Source: Candidatus Cloacimonadota bacterium | GTDB taxonomy: Bacteria > Cloacimonadota > Cloacimonadia > G963667145 | Length of the DNA: 64,000 nucleotides | Assembly: GCA_963667255.1 (NCBI GenBank) | Contig: OY762940.1 | Span: forward strand, 1,056,001 to 1,120,000 | Reading direction: 5' to 3' | Shown here: positions 58,859 through 64,000 of the stretch, one piece after another | Layout of the letters: every line of letters starts with the position of its first letter | Position numbering within the stretch: position 1 is the first letter of the stretch | Position numbers and translations under genes: made by a program | Notes under the pieces: generated by a model | The model's input: only the letters and a program-made list of their open reading frames with translations | Databases searched by the model: none | Told to the model about the DNA's origin: nothing

Positions 58859-61234
58859 ATGAAAATTTCTTTGAAATGGTTAAGACAGTTTATTGATTTC
58901 GACCTTACGATAGATGAGTTTACCGACAAATTAACTTTTTCTGGTATAGAGGTGGAAGAGGTTATTGATACTCAGACAACCATCAAAGATATTATTGTTG
59001 GCAAGATTGTCAAAGCGGAAAAACATCCCGATGCGGAAAAGTTAAAAGTTTGCACAGTTTTCGACGGGAAAGCTGAACATCAAGTCGTGTGTGGAGCACC
59101 CAATTGTCGTGAAGGCTTACTATCGGCTTTTGCTCCTGTCGATGCAGTAATCGGCGACATCAAGATAAAGAAGGCTAAACTCAGAGGATTGGAATCTTGC
59201 GGTATGCTTTGCAGTAGCAAAGAGCTATCCATCGACAGCGACCACAGTGGCATAATGGAATTGCCCGAAGATGCTGTTGTTGGCTCGCCTTTGTCAGCTT
59301 TAGGTTATGGAGATATTGTTGTCGATGTGGAGATTACGCCCAATAGACCGGATTTATTGGGAATGGTTGGTCTTGCACGCGATATTGCTGCTATTCTCGG
59401 CAAGCCTTACAAAAAGCCGGAAACAAGCGATGTAAAGTTTACTGCGGGGGAATTGCCGTGTGGGATTAAGCTGATTAATAATGTTCCTGAGGCTTCTCCG
59501 AGATTCATTTTGTCCGAGATTAACGGCGTGACCGTCAGCAAGAAAATGCCTTTTTGGATGAGCACCGCTCTTGATTCTAACGGGGTCAATAAGGTTAGCG
59601 ACTTGGTTGGTGTTACCAACTATCTGCTTTTGGAGCAGGGTCAGCCTATGCACGCTTACGATATGGACAAAATTGAGGGTGGAATTATTGAGGTTCGCTT
59701 TGCTAAAAAAGGCGAGAAAATCGAGGCTCTCAACGGTAAGACTTATGAACTTCGGGAGACAGATTTGGTCATTGCCGATGCCGTCAAAGTCCTCAGTATA
59801 GCCGGTGTTATCGGTGGTAAGTCGTCAGCAATTAGTTTGGAAACCAAAAATGTTCTGTTGGAGATAGGGAATTTTTCTTATCCGTTCATTCATAAAACTT
59901 CTCATCATTTCAAGATTTTTACAGATGCTTCTTACCGATGTGAGAGGGATTTGTCGCCAAAGGCTTTGGGAGAAGTTTTGCCCCGAGCAACCGAGATGAT
60001 GGCTCAAGTCGGCAAGGGCAAATTTCAGACTGTTTATGCTGATTCTTGTCCCGAGACAAAAGAGGATATTGTGGTTTCTTTGCGACCATCGAGAGTTCGC
60101 AAATTTCTCAATGTTGAAATTTCCGACAAAAAAATTATCTCTTATTTAACCGATTTGGAGATTAAACTATTGTCTGAAAAAGAAGATTTGTTGGAATTTT
60201 CCGTGCCGTATTTTAGAGGAGATATTTATCGTGAAGCGGATTTGATAGAGGAAATTATCAGACTGCACGGATATAACAATGTCCCCTCGTTTATCAATAA
60301 TCAAGTGATTGGCGATAGATTTAAGAGGGAAATTAAGCGGAAAACCGAAGATTTCCTTGTTCTGAATGGATTTTATCAAGCAATTAATACCAGTTTTGTC
60401 AGCGAAGATTTGAGTAGTGGGATAGTGGACAAACCGATTGTTGAGCTTATTAATCCTCTCGGTGCTGATATGGCTTTTATGCGTCGCGAGTTGCTCCCGC
60501 AATTGCTCAAAAATGTGGAACTCAATCTGAATAAGGGTCAAGAGATTGTTAAGCTGTTTGAGTTGAACAAGGTCTATTTTGCCAAAGAAGATGGATTTGC
60601 TCACGAGCCTTTGCAGTTGGCTATGGTTGCTTGCGGCAAAACCGAAAAAATGCATTGGATGAACAGCGGACACGATTATGGTATTTACGAATTGAAAGGG
60701 ATTTTGGAAGACTATTTGGATTTTCTCGGAGAGGACGATTACAAATATGCTATCTCTCAAAGTGAAACTGTGTTCGAGCCTTCTTGCAGTTTGGATTTGG
60801 AGATTAAGGGGCAAAAATTGGTTAGCTTGGGAAGAGTGAAGAAAGCAATTACAAAGAAATTCGGTATTAAAAAAGATGTTTTTGCTTTGATTTTTGATTT
60901 TGAGAAATCTTTGTCATTGTTTGCTGATAAGAGTTTTCAGTTTGCTTTGCCACAAAAATATCCGTCTGTGAAGAGGGATTTGTCCATTGTTATCGATTTG
61001 AAATACTCTTATGAGGAGATAAAGAAGGCGATAGAGAAAAGTTCCGCTTTTATCCAATCGGTTGAACTTTATGACAAATACGAAGGTAAGGGGATAGACC
61101 AAGAGAAGAGAAGTTTGACATTTGCTCTGAATTTCTTTTCAAAAGAAAAAACCTTGACCGATAGTTTGGTAGCGGAAGACTTTGATAAGATAGTTTGTGA
61201 GTTGCAAGAGAGTTTTGGTGCTAAACTCAGATGA
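58859..61234 (+). CDS. pheT: Phenylalanine--tRNA ligase beta subunit
   Basis: HPDAEKL, VVCGAPN, ITPNRPD, DLIEEI, RDLS. Confidence 0.96.
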   Translation: MKISLKWLRQFIDFDLTIDEFTDKLTFSGIEVEEVIDTQTTIKDIIVGKIVKAEKHPDAEKLKVCTVFDGKAEHQVVCGAPNCREGLLSAFAPVDAVIGDIKIKKAKLRGLESCGMLCSSKELSIDSDHSGIMELPEDAVVGSPLSALGYGDIVVDVEITPNRPDLLGMVGLARDIAAILGKPYKKPETSDVKFTAGELPCGIKLINNVPEASPRFILSEINGVTVSKKMPFWMSTALDSNGVNKVSDLVGVTNYLLLEQGQPMHAYDMDKIEGGIIEVRFAKKGEKIEALNGKTYELRETDLVIADAVKVLSIAGVIGGKSSAISLETKNVLLEIGNFSYPFIHKTSHHFKIFTDASYRCERDLSPKALGEVLPRATEMMAQVGKGKFQTVYADSCPETKEDIVVSLRPSRVRKFLNVEISDKKIISYLTDLEIKLLSEKEDLLEFSVPYFRGDIYREADLIEEIIRLHGYNNVPSFINNQVIGDRFKREIKRKTEDFLVLNGFYQAINTSFVSEDLSSGIVDKPIVELINPLGADMAFMRRELLPQLLKNVELNLNKGQEIVKLFELNKVYFAKEDGFAHEPLQLAMVACGKTEKMHWMNSGHDYGIYELKGILEDYLDFLGEDDYKYAISQSETVFEPSCSLDLEIKGQKLVSLGRVKKAITKKFGIKKDVFALIFDFEKSLSLFADKSFQFALPQKYPSVKRDLSIVIDLKYSYEEIKKAIEKSSAFIQSVELYDKYEGKGIDQEKRSLTFALNFFSKEKTLTDSLVAEDFDKIVCELQESFGAKLR

Positions 61235-61464
61235 ACAGATTATCTGCAATAGAAGAAAAAATTAGCAGGCTTGTGGAGAGGTGTAGGGAGTTGGAATTGG
61301 AGGCAAATCAAGGTGTTGTAAATTTTTCTGAACCTGACTTTGTTTCTGAGAATTTGGAAAATGAGTTAAATAATCTTAGGGAACAGTTGGGGAAGAAAGA
61401 CGATAAATTGAAAAAAATTGCTTCCAAGATGGAAAAATTAGAAAATCTTGTGAAAGATTTATGA
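61231..61464 (+). CDS. Small coiled-coil protein (ZapB-like position)
   Basis: Heptad-rich sequence; ATGA-coupled between pheT and zapA. Confidence 0.6.
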   Translation: MNRLSAIEEKISRLVERCRELELEANQGVVNFSEPDFVSENLENELNNLREQLGKKDDKLKKIASKMEKLENLVKDL

Positions 61465-61727
61465 CGAGTTCCGATAATAAGGTTCCTGTACAACTTAATA
61501 TTTTTGGCATTTCTTACAAATTTATGGTGGATGCAGGGAGTGAAGACAAATTTAAAATTTGTGCAGAAAAATTAAATAAACTGATAAGTCAAGAAAGTGC
61601 GAAGAGGGGAGACGCGATGTCTCAAATCAAGATTTTAGTTTTGCTTTGCTTGGATTTTTTGTCTAATCAGATAGATAGTGAAGAAGTGATTATCAGAATA
61701 GAAAATTTATTAGATAAAAGCCTGTAA
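61461..61727 (+). CDS. zapA: Cell division protein ZapA-like
   Basis: V.LNIFGISY start, helical C-terminus; pheT-zapA-6S-rny synteny. Confidence 0.68.
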   Translation: MTSSDNKVPVQLNIFGISYKFMVDAGSEDKFKICAEKLNKLISQESAKRGDAMSQIKILVLLCLDFLSNQIDSEEVIIRIENLLDKSL

Positions 61728-61896
61728 TATTTGTGATAGTTGGCTAATTATATCATTTGAACTAATTATAATTAGGGATGTAAGCTTCTACTTTTGGCTT
61801 GTGCCGAGATTGTACTCGGATTTGCGAAGTAGGTTTAGATGAATATCCCACCTTGAATTTAAGTTCAAGATAAGCTTAGCTACACGGTATTATGGG
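61721..61896 (+). ncRNA. ssrS: 6S RNA
   Basis: Long rod with central bubble: CCTGTAATAT/GTATTATGGG, TTGAACT/AGTTCAA, GGGATGT/ATATCCC, CTACTT/AAGTAG, CCGAG/CTCGG; between zapA and rny. Confidence 0.8.
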
Positions 61897-61916
61897 TTTT
61901 TGTTTTTTTTAAGGAG

Positions 61917-63470
61917 ATGTTAATGAATTTGCAAACTCTAAATTATACTTTATTTGGTGCTGCCGCATTTTTGGTGGTTTTTATTGTTTTTTTGAAGGTA
62001 AGGCTTTCCGGAAATTATAAGAAAGCTCAGTTAACCATAAAAGAGGCTCAAAAAAAAGCTGAGAAGATTATGAGCCAAAAATTAATTGAAGCTAATAATG
62101 TGATTGCCAAAAAAGAGAAGGTGAGATTAAAAAAGATTGCTGGAAGAGAAGATGAACTCAGAAGGCAGGAGTCGGCTTATAACAAGCGAATTAGCAAGTT
62201 GGATGCAAGGTTGGAGGCTTTGGACAAGAAAGAGGAGAGCTTGAAAGGTCTTGAGGATAAAGTGCAAGAGCAATCCAAAATGGTTGATGAAAAAGAGAGC
62301 AAAATTGACGAATTAATTTTGGCTCAAAACGACAAATTGTCGCAGATTTCCGGATATTCCAAGGACGAAGCTTTGGAAGTTCTTATGGGGAATTTATTGA
62401 CTGATGCCAGAGAGAAAGTTGCTCGCAAAATAAACGACATTGAGCAGGAAGTGAAAGAGAATGCCAAAGAGAAGTCGGCTAAAATTTTGGCGGAAACAGT
62501 GCAAAAATTGGCTGTTGATTATGCTTCCGATTCTGTGGTGAATGTTATTACTTTGCCTTCGGACGAGATGAAGGGTAGAGTGATAGGACGGGAAGGTCGT
62601 AACATCAGGACTTTTGAGAAAGAGACAGGTGTTGATGTGATTGTTGATGATACACCGGGTGCTATCGTTTTGTCTTGTTTTTCCGCTGTCCGCAGAGAGA
62701 TAGCTTCTTATGCGATGCAAAAGCTTATTGAAGACGGGAGAATTCACCCTGCACGAATAGAAGAGGTGGTGGCGAAGTCCAAAGAGGAAATCGAAAGAAG
62801 AATAGCTAATTATGGTAAACAGGCGTGCATAAAAATGAATATCGGAACAGTTAATAAGAATATTGTTAACTTGATAGGTAGGCTTCATTATCGCACGAGT
62901 TATGGGCAAAATGTGCTAAAACACAGCATGGAAGTGGGTTGGATAGCCGGAATGATAGCTTCTGAACTTGGCTTAAATCAAAGACTTGCTAGAAGAGCGG
63001 GATTTTTGCATGATATTGGGAAAGCTATAGATTTTGAGGTGGAGGGAACTCACGCTATTATTGGAGCGAACTTTGCCAAGAAAAATGGCGAAAAGCAAGA
63101 GATTGTTGACGCTATCAAGGCTCACCATGAGGAAGTTGAAGCGACAAATGTTTATTGCCCGATTGTTCAGTCCGCCGATGCTATCTCCGGAGCGAGACCG
63201 GGGGCAAGACGCGAAGTGCTGGAGTCTTATGTTGAGCGTTTGGACAAATTGGAAGAGATTGCCAATTCAATAGAAGGAGTAAAGCAAACTTTTGCCGTGC
63301 AAGCTGGTAGAGAGTTGCGAGTGATTGTTGACCCTGAAAAAATACAAGAAGATAATTGCGTCTTCTTGGTAGAGGATATCGTGAGTAGGATTGAGTCGGA
63401 GATGCAATATCCCGGGCAAATCAAAGTTACTGTTATCAGAGAAAATAGGATGTCAGGCATCGCCAAATAA
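61917..63470 (+). CDS. rny: Ribonuclease Y
   Basis: N-terminal TM, coiled coil, KH MKGRVIGREGRNIR, HD LHDIGKA, RPGARRE. Confidence 0.97.
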   Translation: MLMNLQTLNYTLFGAAAFLVVFIVFLKVRLSGNYKKAQLTIKEAQKKAEKIMSQKLIEANNVIAKKEKVRLKKIAGREDELRRQESAYNKRISKLDARLEALDKKEESLKGLEDKVQEQSKMVDEKESKIDELILAQNDKLSQISGYSKDEALEVLMGNLLTDAREKVARKINDIEQEVKENAKEKSAKILAETVQKLAVDYASDSVVNVITLPSDEMKGRVIGREGRNIRTFEKETGVDVIVDDTPGAIVLSCFSAVRREIASYAMQKLIEDGRIHPARIEEVVAKSKEEIERRIANYGKQACIKMNIGTVNKNIVNLIGRLHYRTSYGQNVLKHSMEVGWIAGMIASELGLNQRLARRAGFLHDIGKAIDFEVEGTHAIIGANFAKKNGEKQEIVDAIKAHHEEVEATNVYCPIVQSADAISGARPGARREVLESYVERLDKLEEIANSIEGVKQTFAVQAGRELRVIVDPEKIQEDNCVFLVEDIVSRIESEMQYPGQIKVTVIRENRMSGIAK

Positions 63471-64000
63471 TGAAAATTTTGTTCCTTGGGGATATCTATG
63501 GGAGTCCCGGTCGTTACTTGATGGAGAAATATCTTCCTGATATGAAACGGGAATTTGACATTGATTTGTGCATTGCCAATTGTGAAAACCTCAATCATGG
63601 GAGGGGAGTTAGCAAAATGACTATTTTGCAAATGAAAAAAGCTGGAGTAGATGTTTTTACTTCCGGTAATCATTTGTGGGATAACAAACCGAGCTTAGAT
63701 TTTATCGCTGAGAGTCCCGAGATTTTGAAGCCGATTAATGTTCCCAAGAGTGCCTTGGGTGGAGAATATTTTTTGTTTGAAGCACCTAATGGGGAAAAGT
63801 GTGCAGTGGTCAATTTGATAGGACAGATTTTTATGCCGAATGCAGATATGCCGATACCTGCTTTGGAGGAGCTTTTGCAGGCGAAATTAGCCGACTGCCA
63901 AAACATTTTCGTAGATTTCCATGCGGAAGCTACAGCGGAAAAAAGAGTTGTGGGATTTTACTTTGACGGAAAAATTTCTTGCTGTGTAGGAACGCACACT
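63470..64000 (+). CDS. ymdB: YmdB-like metallophosphoesterase (3' truncated)
   Basis: Translated by hand from ATG 63470: MKILFLGDIYGSPGR...ANCEN...TSGNHLWD...VDFHAEATAEK; follows rny. Confidence 0.92.
   Translation, partial: MKILFLGDIYGSPGRYLMEKYLPDMKREFDIDLCIANCENLNHGRGVSKMTILQMKKAGVDVFTSGNHLWDNKPSLDFIAESPEILKPINVPKSALGGEYFLFEAPNGEKCAVVNLIGQIFMPNADMPIPALEELLQAKLADCQNIFVDFHAEATAEKRVVGFYFDGKISCCVGTHT

Noticed and set aside
1..64000. CRISPR array, rRNA, prophage; individual sigma70 promoters
   Set aside because: No spaced repeats, rRNA or phage genes were seen. Many TTGAC hexamers occur upstream of genes, but -10 spacing was too ambiguous to call promoters.

Overview
Gene-dense chromosomal segment of an anaerobic diderm bacterium. 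The skp-lpxD-lpxC/fabZ fusion-lpxA cluster suggests the FCB group or a relative such as Cloacimonadota (inference only). Most of the window is housekeeping: aroC, transketolase, lipid A, ndk, ackA, ffh, gap, aspS, uppS-cdsA-rsmA, a nucleoside ABC transporter, two pfk genes, two tRNAs, and infC-rpmI-rplT-pheST-zapA-6S RNA-rny-ymdB. Two regions stand out. (1) About 35.8-52.5 kb is a tungsten cluster: a Moco/Tuco-type riboswitch precedes a 4Fe-4S subunit, an aldehyde oxidoreductase and NuoE/F/G-like modules (a probable electron-bifurcating WOR-Bfu complex), followed by moaD, mobB, moeA, wtpABC and moeB. (2) Between wtpC and moeB lies an AT-rich accessory segment: a complete IS1595/IS1016-group element (17-bp TIRs, 8-bp TSD, nonsense-disrupted transposase) and a tightly coupled HerA-like ATPase + NurA-like nuclease + DNA methyltransferase cassette, the best candidate here for a poorly characterised restriction-like defence system. 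No CRISPR array or rRNA was seen. All calls come from motif recognition by eye, without database searches.
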